Under the pieces are notes generated by a model. That model had not been told where the DNA came from, ran no database searches, and worked only from the letters and a program-made list of their open reading frames with translations. Shown here in pieces: positions 37,770 through 51,499 of a stretch of 64,000 bases of DNA. Location of the stretch: assembly GCA_035221665.1 (NCBI GenBank), contig CM069131.1, positions 149,730,001-149,794,000 on the forward strand. Reading direction: 5' to 3'. The position numbers were made by a program, and so were the translations under genes. This DNA is from Okamejei kenojei (taxonomy: Eukaryota). Within the stretch, counting starts at the first letter, position 1. Every line of letters starts with the position of its first letter.

Positions 37770-38830
37770 TGCCTCCAGTTACCAGTGGACCACTGTTCCC
37801 TTTTGATAATACTAATGATCCAGACATGGGTGTAAAGTATGAAATGTTCAAATTTGTAGATGGTACACAACTTGGAAGTGTTCATAACAGTGAAGAGAAT
37901 AGTTATCGACTGCAAGAGAGATAAACAGGGTTGCTGAGCAGGGTGACAAAATTTAATACAAAAAAAAGTACATAGCGATTCACTTGGACAGAAAGAATAG
38001 AGAAAATCCTGTGCAAAATAGAACCATTCTAAAGAAAGTGCAGGAACTGGAGGACCTATGTTCCTTAACATTTGCAGAAAACAATGAAAGAGTGTTCAGT
38101 GAAACATAGGATCTTCAGATTCATATAGAGGCATAGAGTACAAAAGCAGTAATGTCATGTTGACCTGCATGAAATACTAGTTAGGTCACAGACGGATATT
38201 GTATCCTATTCTGGTCACTGCACTTTACGGAGAATGTGAAGGCTCTTGAGGAAGTGCAAAAAAGCTTTACTAGAATGGATTGCAACAATAAAGAAAGACT
38301 GGAGAAGCTGGGATTCTTGGAGCAAAGAAGGTTCAGATAAGATTTAATGAAAGGGTATAAGATCACACCATGGTCTTATACACCTTTATCATATCTTATC
38401 TGATCCTTAGGTTAACTAGGGGAAAGCTATTCCTTTTATTGGATAGTTTAAAGGCTACAAAGCACAGATTTAAAAGTGTGAACAAGATAAATAAGGAGGA
38501 TGCAAGCATTTTATTCACATAGAGAGTTGATAGGATAAAGAAGTTTCCCGGGATAGGGTTGTCTCAAACTAGAGGACACAGATTCAAGGTGAGAGAAGAA
38601 AGATTTTTAAAATACCTCTTTTCGTAGAGAGTGGGGTGGGTAAATGGAATAAGACGCCAGAGGAAGCTATAGAGGCAGGTATAATAATGTTTTAAAGCCA
38701 TTTGGATAGGTGGATGAATCGAAAAAGTTTAGAGGGATATGGACCATATGCAGGAAAATAGTATTAGCTCAAGTCTTGGTCGCAATAAACGAGTTGGGTC
38801 AGAGAGCCTGTTTTGTGCTGTGAAACTATG
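37770..38830 (+). mobile_element. Old CR1 RT/3' remnants (two pieces)
   Basis: GPL..FKFVDGTQLG (ORF 37739-37924), IEYKS, TRGH and 3'UTR. Confidence 0.8.
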
Positions 38831-39139
38831 AATTTACTATCCAAAAGAAGATGGGGAACTACCAAGGGAAATGGGATAGCAATTGAGAAAGAACAATTTG
38901 TAAGGTCATATGAAAGGAGTAATGAACTTTGTCTGTCCATTTACCTCCACAGATGCTTCCTGACCCACTGAATTCCTCCAGCAGTTTGTTTTTTTGCTTA
39001 ATATTGCAATAAGGATAAACAGTGCAGATCACCATTTAAACTCTTGACTTGTGGTAGATGGTTAAACTAGTTGGTTTTGACAGCACAAGTTTTGATCTTT
39101 CACCTTCACTGGAATTGGCTTAATAGTTTGTCTGCTAGA

Positions 39140-39250
39140 TGAACCCCAACAATGCAACACCCTCTCCCTGCACTGGTGAAGAGCTAGTCTATGCATCCTA
39201 AACCCTAGCGTAGGGTTTGAATCTATAACCACATCACTCAGAGCTAAGAA
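39140..39250 (-). mobile_element. Possible DeuSINE/SacSINE1-like head remnant
   Basis: CTGCACTGG...GGGTTTGAATCTATAACC...ACTCAGAG resembles an antisense tRNA-derived head. Confidence 0.35.
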
Positions 39251-42200
39251 AAAAACAGAGCATAAATGACAGTGACAATGGAGTAAGTCTTTCTGAAAAG
39301 TAAGATTGACTCATTACTCACATCAAGACATAACTGGAACGATGCCATGCAATGTGGGTACATGTAGTTCAGCAGCAAACCAAACTGAATGGAATCGGAT
39401 TTTAAATTCCATTATATTTTGGTTACTTCAATAGTAAATGTCTGATTAAATTTTACGAGTTTCTTGATGCAATACTTCTTTTGCCAGAATCCTGGAGTAT
39501 ATTTAAAAGAGTGCAATGCATCAAACTGCTTGAGCCCTGCACAATATATTACAGCTACTGCAAAGTTTTAAGTAACTGGTTGTAAAGCACATTTCAACGG
39601 CTTCAACTCCACGGTGTCACACAGAATTGATGATCTCCGCTTAGTTTTGTCCGTGATGCATGCGTAAGGTGCCAAGGTGATAGTCTTCAGCTCGCCTGAT
39701 TGTCCCTTTATAAATTTACTGAATGATTTTGTGTGAAATCCTCAGAAACCAGGATAAAGCTGAGGAGAGTCAACTCGGGCAAAGGGTAAATTGGGTGGGT
39801 GATCCGGTCCCATTAGGTTCCCACCAGGCGAGCTGGTTTCAAGTTCTCCATTTGCTGTTGTTTTGGCTCATGAAGAATAGGGATGTGACCAGAATACCAG
39901 TGGGCAACTGAAGCTCACAGAATTGCACACAAGCATGAATCAGGGGAGGAGATGAAAGGTTGAAAATATGGGGGAGAAATATAGTGGCTTGTTAGTGCTG
40001 CTCATTATGGGATAGCAAGTCACCAGAAACAAGGATGCTGTCAGCATATCAGAACATTGTAACAGGCTGCAGCCAGATATTTGGGATTACCCTACTGAGT
40101 TAATCCATATTCCAAGTAAATAGATTTGAAGTGGATAACAAATTAGTGTAAGAATCAAAGTGGATAGTTCGATTACTAAAACTCTGAAACTGGTTACCTG
40201 ACGTGAGCAAGGGAAGATGGAATCCTGTTGGAACTTTTTTAGTAACAGTAGTTACTTTTACCCAATGTGACTAACTAGACTATCGTCAAATCTTGCATTT
40301 TTAACCAAATGAAATGACAACATTTTGCAAAATTGCTCCATGAAATCGAAGCCAAATTCACTGTTAAAAGCAGAGCGCACGATTTCCCTTGACAAAGACA
40401 GGATATGAAATATGTTATCCATCTCAATTACCGGCAAAGAATACGACAGACAGATGGAGAAAGGAAATGCAGCAGGGAAAGCTCTCAAGCCTGACCCACC
40501 AAAAATCACTTACTTTGAAAGTTGAAAACAAAATGAAGCGCTCCAAGAATTAAACAGCATAATTAAATCTCAAAACAAAATATAATGAAGTATCGTCTGA
40601 CAGAACTTTCTATTTGTTAACATCTTTGATTTAATTTTTTGCATTTTAATTAACTATTCGTATTTTACCTTCTGGATATTAATTCAATGTTTTGTCATGC
40701 CATTATTCAAATAAAATTGAATGCTGACAATGGTTTTACTCAATAGCGTTGCATGAAATTTTACTAATAGGATGTGATGGTGGAAGTGTTTACTACATGG
40801 TATGTACAAATGAGGAAAGGGATGGACAGAAGCTACGAAGGAAATCTACTGTCTAATGGTCATGATGATTCTTCACCATTTAAAAGTAATCAATTAATTC
40901 AGGTATTCTGATGTAAAATGTTAAATATTCTCATAGTCTTGCATAGTTCTCATCAGCCCAGTTCTACAGCCTTCTATCTGGTGTGAGCAACCTTGACGGT
41001 AACACAGATGATTTTCTTTTTCTTTAAAGATCACTACCCCTGTCTAAGTGATTTCATGCTATCTCAACAAGCTAAAGGTTAGCTCTTTGCTGAAAGGCTA
41101 GATAACACAGTTGGCCGAGACATTTAATTCAGCTTGGAGGGAACACATAGTCGATGATTCCTTCTTGCTGAGAGTTGTTAACAATCACAAGGAGAAATGA
41201 TGGAAGCTTAAGAATCACTCGCCGATCAAAGGATATATTTTTAAGACCTATCTTACTTCACCAGCTAACTCGTACAGTTGCTAATATTAGCCATAATGAA
41301 TTATTCAGGCGGCTAATAGATATGGGGTTTCAGTGTAAAAGTCTACAAAGAACAAATGTTACGCGTTTGAAGATATGTGTATTTTTATAATCTTACAATT
41401 TTACACTTTGTTATCTTTAAGCAAACTGTGAGACAATTTTCCACAAATTAAAAACTCATTTAAAGAATGCTATGGTGACGATATTGACCATGTTCAGTTC
41501 TCATTGAAAAACAAATTAAGTTCCACTAAACTTTCTGCTTTGTAAACAGGGCAGAGAAGAGACAATGGAGATGATACCAAGCTCTCATTCACTGATGAAA
41601 GAAGAGAAATGGTGGGAGATCATTACTAACGTGATTTGTTGACTGTAAGCTGACAGTTCAATTCACCTTCTCTAGGTCATTGCTACACTGAGTGGTTTGG
41701 TGGTGACCAGCTAAAACATATGTCCAATGAATCCATTCTCATGGATATATGTATGATACATTGGAAAGCGAAGGGGAGGGGGAACAGAATTCAAAATGTA
41801 AAAATAACTAAAAAGTGATAATAGATAAATGGAAGTGCACACCACTTAGATTTATTTCTTAAGATACACTTGGGTAAACAATTTGATTCTTGGATCCACA
41901 TAGGCTGAAAATGGATTAAAAAATGTAAAAAACAGCATGAGGATATCCAACAGAGCAGAATAACCTTGAAAATTGTAAGAATATAGGCATACCCTGGGAG
42001 AGCTTGTACTTCAGCATTCTGGTTTTGATTCCAATTTTATCCATTTACTCAGTAAATAAATTTGAACACATCCTTGAGAAGGCCGACTGAACTGAATCAT
42101 ACATTTTTCTTCAATCTCTTGCCCTTACCTTAGTGGTGTCCTTGTTGTGGATTTGAACCTTTAACTAGGTTTCACTGCGTCCTTATTTTGGAATCCTATT

Positions 42201-42784
42201 GCTCAATAACGCACTAAGTTGACCATCTATCCTCTTATTAATAAAGGATACTCATTGGGACATCACTGTAATGCTACAGCAACAACTCATTTACTAAGAA
42301 CATCTTGTCAATACAGCACAGTTTCTCTCTCTCTCCCCACCCCACCCCCCTTTCAGTAAATACAAGTTAGGGGTATAACGATTATCAATCTTGCTAATTG
42401 AGTTGTCAGCATGAAAACTAATCAATTAACTAATTAATCAGTTAAGCTATGGCTATGTTTGATTTGTAGCATTAAGTCAGTACTGCAAATACATCACCAA
42501 TCCCATCACTTCAAATTCCCGGCATGCTTTGTTAAACCAAGACACAAATGACGTTGAAGAATTAAATAATACAAAACTCAGAACAAATATTAACAAACTG
42601 ATAAACGGTGTAATGCAAATATGCTATTGTTGCATTTTGTTGCTGTTGTTGCATTGCTTTTGTTGCATCATTAAGGCCTCTGTAATAGGTCTTGCATTTC
42701 ACTAGAGGTTGCTTTAGAATTGTTTAAAATATCCTTTGTTTAACAACAAATGGTTGATGATTTTTATTCCTAGTATAAAAATCT

Positions 42785-43250
42785 GGCAATTTGGGTTGAG
42801 CAATGGCTCATGGAATTTAGTTAGCTACGGGATGATATCAGTATGTTGGTGAAATGGAGTGAGAAATGCCAGATAGAATTTAATCCAGATAAATATGAGG
42901 TAATGCATTTTGGAACTACTAATGAGACTAAGACATACACCATGAATGGTAGGGCCCTTGGGAGCATTGAAGAGCAGAGCAAACTTTTAGTACAAGCGCA
43001 TCAATCCCTAAAGGTAGAACTCAGATGCACGAGGAAGAAAAGAAAGTAAATATGATGTTGGCTTGCACAGTAAGAATCTGTTGGAGGTAGGTACTCTCAC
43101 AACATTAACGAGGTAGCTGGAGTACACACAAATTGACAATATACCAAAGGCTTCTGGCTGAATGCTGGCAAACGTGATTAGCATGGATGGGTAAAATGAT
43201 TGGTATGGGCATTGTGGGCCGAAGGGCCCGTTTTGAGCTGCATAACTGTG
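42785..43250 (+). mobile_element. Old CR1 remnants
   Basis: W.EKCQIEFNPDKYEVMHFG (ORF 42843-43049) and 3'UTR. Confidence 0.8.
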
Positions 43251-43377
43251 CAATTAAAATACTGTACAGGAAATGAAGTTGCAAAATGGTAATGCCACTG
43301 TGTTGTTACCTAAAGTGCTAATGTCATCAATGATATTACATCTCCAATATCTTTTTACATAAGCAATGTTGTTCTTG

Positions 43378-43482
43378 GAACATCACCTATCCATGTTCTC
43401 CAGAGATGCTGCCTGACCCGCTGAGTCACTCCAGCATTTTGTGTCTATCTTTGGTAAAAAAAACAGCAGCTGCAGATGCTTG
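43378..43482 (+). mobile_element. Penelope-type pLTR fragment
   Basis: CCATGTTCTCCAGAGATGCTGCCTGACCCGCTGAG block. Confidence 0.8.
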
Positions 43483-43929
43483 TTATTACATGGATTAATT
43501 ATTTCATGGGTGAAGCCTTTTGTGATTTTTTTGTGTGATTCACCAGAGTTCGGCTGCTCTCAAAGTTCTCATTCGCACAGCCTCCAGCTGAGTCGGTTCA
43601 TTCCACATGATATTAATTGGCAAAGTGCACTAGAGAGAATTAAATCTGTGGGGCCTGAATATAAACAGCAATTTCAATCAATTCTTGTCCAATTTATTGT
43701 CCTTTACACCAGGAAGCAATGAAATGTCTTGTTCACATGAAGCTCACAAGTACACAGTAAACATACAGGAATGCTACATGTAGCAATAAATACACCAATG
43801 GGGGCAAACAACAGGATGGTGCAAGGTTGCAGAGCAAATCTGAAGTTGTGTAACAAAAAGTATAATGACTCAGTCTGCCATTTTAACAAGAGCAACAACG
43901 TGTCTGGGTGCCCGGCAATGAGTGACATA

Positions 43930-44235
43930 TCTTCAAGCCTCTCCACCATCAATAAGGCTCAATGTCAGGTATGGGATTAATTATTTTCTATTTGCCTGGA
44001 AAAGCCAAGACTTCTTGACAATATAGTCAAGACTTATGACGTTATCAATGTCATGGAAACACAATCACTCCCATTTCCTATTTAAGTTGCACATCGTTTC
44101 AACGCGCGTGCTTCACCATTCTTCGCTGTTGCTGGGTTAAAATCCAGGACCTTCCCATCTAACCATGTGGAAGCCTTTTGTTCACAAGGACTACAATAAT
44201 TCAAAGAGAAGGCCACTGCCTCCTCCGGGCAATCT
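43930..44235 (+). mobile_element. Old CR1-group LINE remnant (type of 32585-33272)
   Basis: CCACCATCAATAAGGCTC...TTGCCTGG and GCTGGGTTAAAATCCAGGA. Confidence 0.55.
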
Positions 44236-44880
44236 GAATGATCAATTACACAAATTGCTCTGCATTGATGCAATGTCATTTCAGTTACACAGCAACAGAT
44301 GGCAGTAATTCTACTTTATTTCCATTCTATCATGCAATAAGGGTCACCTTTGCATAAGTTAACTTATTCGACAAGTTGTGGCAATAGATTGCAATGAAAG
44401 AATGTGGCCATCCTGGTTGTACTAAAAGAAGAAAGAATGCTGATTTAGTGGGTGCTGATTATTTCATTAGCACATCTCAATTGTATTGTGATGTCTAGTT
44501 AGGTGACATTTAGGAATGAGCAATTTACATGCAAAATAAATACAAATAAGCAAAGCTATTTTGCAAGCAATGTCGTCATTGTATCTGTACTTCACTGTAC
44601 TCGTGCACATAAATATATACTCGACTTGACTTGGGTCATATCCTGCACCACAAGTAACTAAACATATCGCCAAGTTGCATCAATCCAAACTGCGCCAGGT
44701 CAGGTCAAAATGATAAACAAATCCTCAGTAGGTTGTTCCCCAAATGTCTAAATCTAAAATATTATGGAGCTCACCATAAAAATTCAAGCTTTTGCAAAAT
44801 AGGGTCGATGGTCAGAACCAACTGTGAAAGATTAGTTTGTGATTAAGCTTGCATTTTTATAATGAGCTCTATATTATTTT

Positions 44881-45148
44881 AGATAGACACTGAATGCTGG
44901 AACAACTCAGTTGGTCAGGCAGCATCTCCGGAGAAAAGGAATAGGTGATGTTTTCGGTTGAGACCCTTCTTCAGATTCAGTTTGAAGAGGCTCTCGACCT
45001 GAAACGTCACCATTCAGTCTGAAGAATGGTCTCGACCCGAAACGTCTCTTATTCCTTTTCCCCAGTAATGCTGCCTGACCCGCGGAGTAGTTACTCCAAC
45101 ATTTGAGTCTATCGTTGATGTAAACCAGCATTGCAGTTCATTCCTATG
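44881..45148. mobile_element. Penelope-type element, inverted pair with two tandem plus-strand hammerhead motifs
   Basis: Motifs at 44982-45008 (decayed) and 45019-45046; antisense motif at 44944-44974. Confidence 0.88.
45019..45046 (+). ncRNA. Minimal type I hammerhead ribozyme motif (Penelope type)
   Basis: CUGAAGA-A-stem II(UGGU-CUCG-ACCC)-GAAAC-GUC; palindromic ACGU stem III; one stem II mismatch. Confidence 0.6.
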
Positions 45149-45224
45149 TAATTTCTTGAAATTAGCCCATTTTCATCCCCAATGCTGTTGGAAAAAATAT
45201 GCAGAATATGTATTGCTTAGCATA

Positions 45225-46095
45225 GAATATTACAGCACTGAAACAGGCCAATAGACAATAGACAATAGGGTCTCGACCCGAAACGTCACCTATCTCCTTC
45301 GCTCCTTAGATGCTGCTGCACCCGCTGAGTTTCTCCAGCCTTTTGTGTACCCCCAATAGACAATAGGTGCAGGAATAGGCCATTTGTCCATTTGAGCCAG
45401 CACCGCCATTCAATGTGATCATTGCTGATCATCCCCAATCATTACCCCGCCTGTCTTCTCCCCATATACCCTGACTTCGGTAACTTTAAGGCCCTTCAGC
45501 ACATGGTGTTTGTGCCAAATATGATGCCGAATAAAACTAATCCTTGCCTCTGTGGCAATAAATGTCAACTATGCCTCTTTGACATTTCCACCCTGATAAA
45601 ATGGTTCTGTTTGTCCACTTTATCTATGCTTCTTATCATTTTATAAACCTCTCTCAGGTCTTTCCTCAATGTCCAACTCTCTTCTGCACCATCTCCAAAG
45701 CATCTACATAGTTCCCATCATGGGGCAACCAGAAAAGCACTCAGAATTCCAAGTGCAGCCTAACCAACCTTTTAGAAAGCTGGAATATGATTTCCAGACT
45801 CTCAAACTCAATGCCCCAACCATGAAGGCAAGTATACAATGCCTTCTTAACTCCTTCTACTTGCTTTGCTCATCATTGCCATTAAGGGTCTTGTCATTAA
45901 TACTATTTCCCCTTACATTTGACTTCTCAATTTGCAACACCTCACACTTGTCTGCTTCACATTAAGCTCCCTCTGCCATTTCTCTGGCCATATGTGTAAG
46001 TGATCTACATCCTTCTGTATCCTTTGACAGCCATCTTCACTCTCTGCAACGCCATCAATTTTATGGCATCTGCAAACTTTACAACTGATCCATCT
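45225..46095 (-). mobile_element. CR1 debris (old RT/3' plus a young tail) with a small Penelope-type insert at 45270-45353
   Basis: Insert flanked by CAATAGACAATAGG at 45256-45269 and 45354-45367. Confidence 0.75.
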
Positions 46096-46199
46096 ACGTT
46101 TTCACTCGTCATTGGCTCTTTCAGTAAAATTCAGCTTTTTATTCTTCAGGTTTCAAGATAGTTATGGAAAAAAGATGTGGTTGGTGCTCTAGTTAAAGC

Positions 46200-46975
46200 C
46201 CAGAATTGCGGGAAAACTGATGTTGACAGCACGAGAGAGAATTTGGCGAAAGTAAATTAGAACTGTTTGTGGGTTAGATTACACCTGACAAGTGGGAGTT
46301 TTTTTTTAAAAAGGAGAGCTGGCTAGAGGTCAAGTCCTTATATTCTGGCAAGAGAGAAAGTCAAAAATAACAAGATGAATGAATCTTGGATATCAAAGGT
46401 TATTGACAGTTTGATCAGGGAAGAAAAGGATGCATATGACAGGTAACTACAATCAAACAAGTTTCTTGGAGAACATCAACGGTGTGTAAAAAAAAAAAAG
46501 GAGACCGCAATGAGGCCATGAACTGCCCTTGGCAGGTAGGATCAAGGAAAATCCTAAGTCATTCTATAAATATATTTGGAACAACAGAATAGCTTGGGAT
46601 AAAGTACACAGGAATCATCAATGTTTGGAGCCAAGGGGTGTGGGTTACGTGCAAAATGAATACTTTTCTGTGTTCACCAAGGAGAGGAATGCTGAGGATA
46701 ATGAGTTCACGGAGGGATAAACTGACAGCCGGGGGCATGACAGTGTTAAGATGGAAACTAGTTTGATGTCATGGAACAAATAAGTGTGGATTAATTTGAG
46801 AGGCTGGATGAGCTCCATTGCAGAATGTTATGGAGTATAAGGAAAGAGGTTGATAGGTAACTGAAGGAGATTTTGGAATCTTTTTTCGCTACAAATGAGG
46901 TACCTGAATACTGAATGATAGCGAATGTTGTTCCTTTATTTAAGGGCACCAAGGTTAATTCCCAGTATGGCGGCA
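46200..46975 (+). mobile_element. Old CR1 EN-RT linker remnant
   Basis: LAGRIKENPKSFYKY...NEYFSVFTKE (ORF 46529-46720), ANVVPLFK. Confidence 0.8.
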
Positions 46976-46984
46976 CTGTCATGT

Positions 46985-47417
46985 GCTGGGAGAATGGAGC
47001 AGCTGGGCTTGTATACTCTGGAGTTTAGAAGGATGAGAGTCGATCTTATTGAAACATAAGATTATTAAGGGGTTGGACACGCTATAGTCAGGAAAAATGT
47101 TCCCGATGTTGGGGGAGTCCAGAACCAGGGGCCACTGTTTAAGAATAAGGGGCAAGCCATTTAGAATGGAGACGAGGAAACACTTTTTCCACACACAGAG
47201 CTGTGAGTCCGTGGAGTTTTCTACCTCAGAGGGCGGTGGAGGCAAGTTCTTTGGATACTTTAAAGAGAGAGCTAGATAGGGCTCTTAAAAATAGCAGAGT
47301 CAGGGGATATGGGGAGAAGGCAGGAACGGGGTATTGATTGGAAATGATCAGCCATGATCACATTGAATGGCGGTGCTGGCTCGAAGGGCCGAATGGCCTA
47401 TACCTGCACCTATTGTC
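46985..47417 (+). mobile_element. Young CR1 3' fragment
   Basis: MFPMLGESRTRGH and 3'UTR ending CTATTGTCTA. Confidence 0.92.
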
Positions 47418-50400
47418 TAAAACCAAACTGGTTATCTGTGTAGTTAACAAACTCATTTAATCTATCCAGCAGAATTCTTTCTAGGACCTTTGACAACATG
47501 CTGACTAAAGCTATGGGCCTGTAATTATTTAGGCTGCCTACTTTACCAGCTTTGTCCTTAATGACCGGTACTAACAGAACAGACAACATTGAGTCTGGTA
47601 GCAAGCCATGAATCATAAAGCCAGTAAAACAAATAGCAAGGAGAGGAGCTATCCTCATGCTCGCATACTTAAGATGTTCAGCAGAAATATGATCCAAGCC
47701 ACTTGCTTTGTGGTTGGACAGCTTGTTCATGGCATAGAAACATAGAAATTAGGTGCAGGAGCAGGCCATTCAGCCCTTCGGGCCTGCACCGCCATTCAAT
47801 ATGATCATTGCTGATCATCCAACTCAGTATCCTGTACCTGCCTTCTCTCCATACCCCCTGATCCCTTCAGCCACAAGGGCCACATCCCTCTTAAATATGG
47901 CCAATGAACTCGCCTCAACTACCTTCTGTGGCAGAGAATTCCACAGATTCACCACTCTGTGTGAAAATGATTTTCTCATCTCGGTCCTAAAAGACTTCCC
48001 CCTTATCGTTAAACTGTGACCCCTTGTCCTGGACTTCCCAAAAATCGGGAACAATCTTCCTGCATCTAGCCTGTCCAACCCCTTAAGAATTTTGTAAGTC
48101 TCTATGAGATCACCCCTCAATCTTCTAAATTCCAGCGAGTACAAGCCGAGTCTATCCAGTCTTTCTTCATATGGAAGTCGTGCCATCCCAGGAATCGGTC
48201 TGGTGAACCTTCTCTGTACTACCTCTATGGCACGAATGTCTTTCCTCAGATTAGGAGACCAAAACTGTACGCAATACTCCAGGTGTGGCCTCACCAAGAC
48301 CCTATACAACTGCAGTAGAACCTCCCTGCTCTTGTACTCAAATCCTTTTGCTATGAATGCCAACATACCATTCGCTTTCTTCACAGACTGCTGCACCTGC
48401 ATGCCTACTTTCAATGACTGGTGTACCATGACACCCAGGTCTCGCTGCATCTCCCCTTTTCCTAATCGGTCACCATTCAAATAATAGTCTACCTTCCTGT
48501 TTTTGCCACCAAAGTGGATAACCTCACATTTATCCACATTATACTGCATCTGCCATGCATTTGCCCACTCACCCAGTCTATCCAAGTCATCCTGCAGCCT
48601 CCTAGCATCCTCCTCACAGCTAACACTGCCCCCCAGCTTCGTGTCATCCGCAAACTTCGAGATGTTGCATTTAATTCCCTCGTCCAAATCATTAATATAT
48701 ATTGTAAATAGCTGGGGTCACAGCACTGAGCCTTGCGGCACCCCACTAGTCACTGCCTGCCATCCTGAAAAGGACCCGTTCACTCCTACTCATTGCTTCC
48801 TGTTCTCCAGCCACCGCCAATACCGTGTGCTTTAAGTTTGTATACTAATCTCTTGTGTGGGACTTTGTCGAAAGCCTTCTGAAAGTCAGGATATAACACA
48901 TCCACTGCTTCTCCCTTATCCACTCTGCTAGTTACATCCTCAAATTCAATAAGATTCGTCAGATATGATTTACCTTTCGTAAATCCATGCTGACTTTGTC
49001 CAATGATTTCACCACTTTCCAAATGCGCTGCTATCCCATCTTTAATAACTGACTCTAGCAGTTTCCCCACTACTGATGTTAGACTAACTAGTCTGTAATT
49101 CCCCGTTTTCTCTCTCCCTCCCTTTTTAAAAAGTATGGGTTACATTAGCTACCCTCCAATCCTCAGGAACTACTCCAGAATCTAAAGAGTTTTGAAAAAT
49201 TATCACTAAGGCATCTGCTATTTCTGGGGCTACTTCCTTAATGCAGCCTACTTCCTGGGATGCAACCTATCTGGCCCTGGGGATTTATCGGCCTTTAATC
49301 CATTCAATTTACCTAACACCACTTTCCGGCTAACCTGGATTTCACTCAGTTCCTCCATCTCATTTGACCCGCGATCCCCTGCTATTTCCGGCAAATTATT
49401 TATGTCTTCCTTAGTGAAGACAGAACCAAAGCAGTTATTCAATTGGTCTCCCATGTCCTTGCTCCCCATGATCAATTCACCCGTTTCTGACTGCAAGGGA
49501 CCTACATTTGTTTTAACTAATCTTTTTCGCTTCGCATATCCATAAAAGCTTTTGCAGTCAGTTTTTATGTTTCCTGCCAGTTTTCTTTCATTAATCCATT
49601 TTCCCTTTCCTAATGAAGCCCTTTGTCCTCCTCTGTTGGTCTCTGAATTTCTCCCAGTCCCCTAGTAGGCTGCTTTTTCTGGCTAATTTGTACGCTTCAT
49701 CTTTTGCTTTGATACTTTCCCTGATTTCCCTTGTTATTTACGGATGCGCTACCTTCCCTGATTTATTCTTTTGCCATACTGGGATGAACAATTGTTGTAG
49801 TTCATCCATGCAGTCTTTAAATGCCTTCCATTGCATATCCACCGTCAACCCTTCAAGAATCAATTGCCAGTCCATCTTGGCCAATTCACGTCTCATACCC
49901 TCAAAGTTACCTTTCTTTAAGTTCAGGACCCGTGTTTCTGAATTAACAATGTCACTCTCCATCCTAATGAAGAACTCAACCATATTACGGTCACTCTTGC
50001 CCAAGGGGTCACGTACAACAAGGCTGCTAACTAACCCTTCCTCATTACTCAATACCCAGTCTAGAATAGCCTGCTCTCTCGTTGGTTCCCCTACATGTCG
50101 GTTTAGAAAACTATCCCGCATACATTCCAAGAAATCCTCTTCCTCAGCACCCCTGCCAATTTGATTCACCCAATTTCTAGATTGAAGTCAGCCATTATAA
50201 CAGTTTTACCTTCGTTGTATGCATTTCTAATTTCCTATTTCATGCCATCCCGAACTCCACTACTACTGTTAGGTGGCCTGTACACAACATCCACTAGCCT
50301 TTTCTGCCCCTTAGTGTTTCGCAGCTCCACCCATATCGATTCCACATCCTTCAAGCTAATGTACTTCCTTTCTATTGCATTGCTCATGTGACAAACCCTC

Positions 50401-50810
50401 ATGTGACAAAATCACCATCGAGTCATTACTCTCAATATTGTCCACCCTATACAAATCACCATGGACACAGTTGAATAAAGTCCTATAATGTTGTCGCCAT
50501 AACTCCGCGATATTAGCTGTTCCGGAGATTGCATCGACAGTGCATGGTAGACATGTTTTGCAACTGTTAAGAGCTCTCACTTCTTTCCAAAAATCAGTAT
50601 CATTGTTACTTAGCAGCTTCTTAGCCATGGAATCAGCCCTCATAGCTTGCTCATTTTTACAGATGAAGCGAACAGCATACTTATATCTTGCATTAGTGGG
50701 CTTCTTGTACTCAAACACAGGCCCCTGTCTGGGTCAACCTGCCACAGCCCATGATTTAGTGGCTTTACAGGCTTCAGCATGATACTTGGCTACATACGTA
50801 TTCCAGCCAA
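47415..50810 (-). mobile_element. RTEX-like LINE ORF2 fragment split by a CR1 (pieces 50397-50810 and 47415-47733)
   Basis: GWN.YV...W...G.PRQGP, FWKEV, GLDHISAEHLKY, HG..P..M, NYRPIAL, NQFGF. Confidence 0.8.
47733..50381 (-). mobile_element. CR1 LINE, 2.65 kb (EN C-terminus to 3' end)
   Basis: ORFs 49738-50169, 49248-49496, 48786-49070, 47824-48687; CATAGAAA tail. Confidence 0.96.
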
Positions 50811-50824
50811 TTATGCAAATGTAG

Positions 50825-51085
50825 GAGGTTTGATTATTAGGAGTATCAAAGAAGACCCGAGTGGCAAGATTTCTTTTTACACAGAAAGTGGTGATATGTG
50901 GAATACACTGCCTGAGGAAAATCAGATGTAATTACCACATTTAAGAGACGTTTAGACATTAAATTAGACAAGTTATAGAAGGATACAATCCTGCTGTGGA
51001 CAAATGAGATTAATGTGGATCAGCAAAGGACCAGCATGGATATGATGGGCCGAAGATCTCTTTATTGTGCGGTGCAGCTCTATGA
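50825..51085 (+). mobile_element. Old CR1 3' end
   Basis: FFTQKV..WNTLP remnant and 3'UTR. Confidence 0.75.
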
Positions 51086-51499
51086 AAAATGCAATCATTC
51101 CACTAAAGTTAGCATTACTCAATGATGATTGAGAATTTTATTAGAAAGTCATTTATCTGATTTGTTTTCATTTGTTAGAAATTGTCACCATATAAAACTG
51201 AAAATAATTAAATCACAGCTTTTCTCTGCATCACCCTTCATCCAACCAAAAGCAACCATATTATAGTTATGGAAATGGAACCAAACAAATAAAATCAAAC
51301 TACTGCAGACACTGAAAACACGAAGCAAAAACAGAAACCACAAGTGATGTTGAAGAGCGCCTCCAGTGTTTTTCCTTGTCTCTTATCTGAAACTACCCAC
51401 CATAATTAGTTCCATCAAAACCAAACCAACTATAAATGATCACAGACCAATAAAATAATTGTTTCAGAACCAAATAGATACAACCAGTCTTTCGTGACT

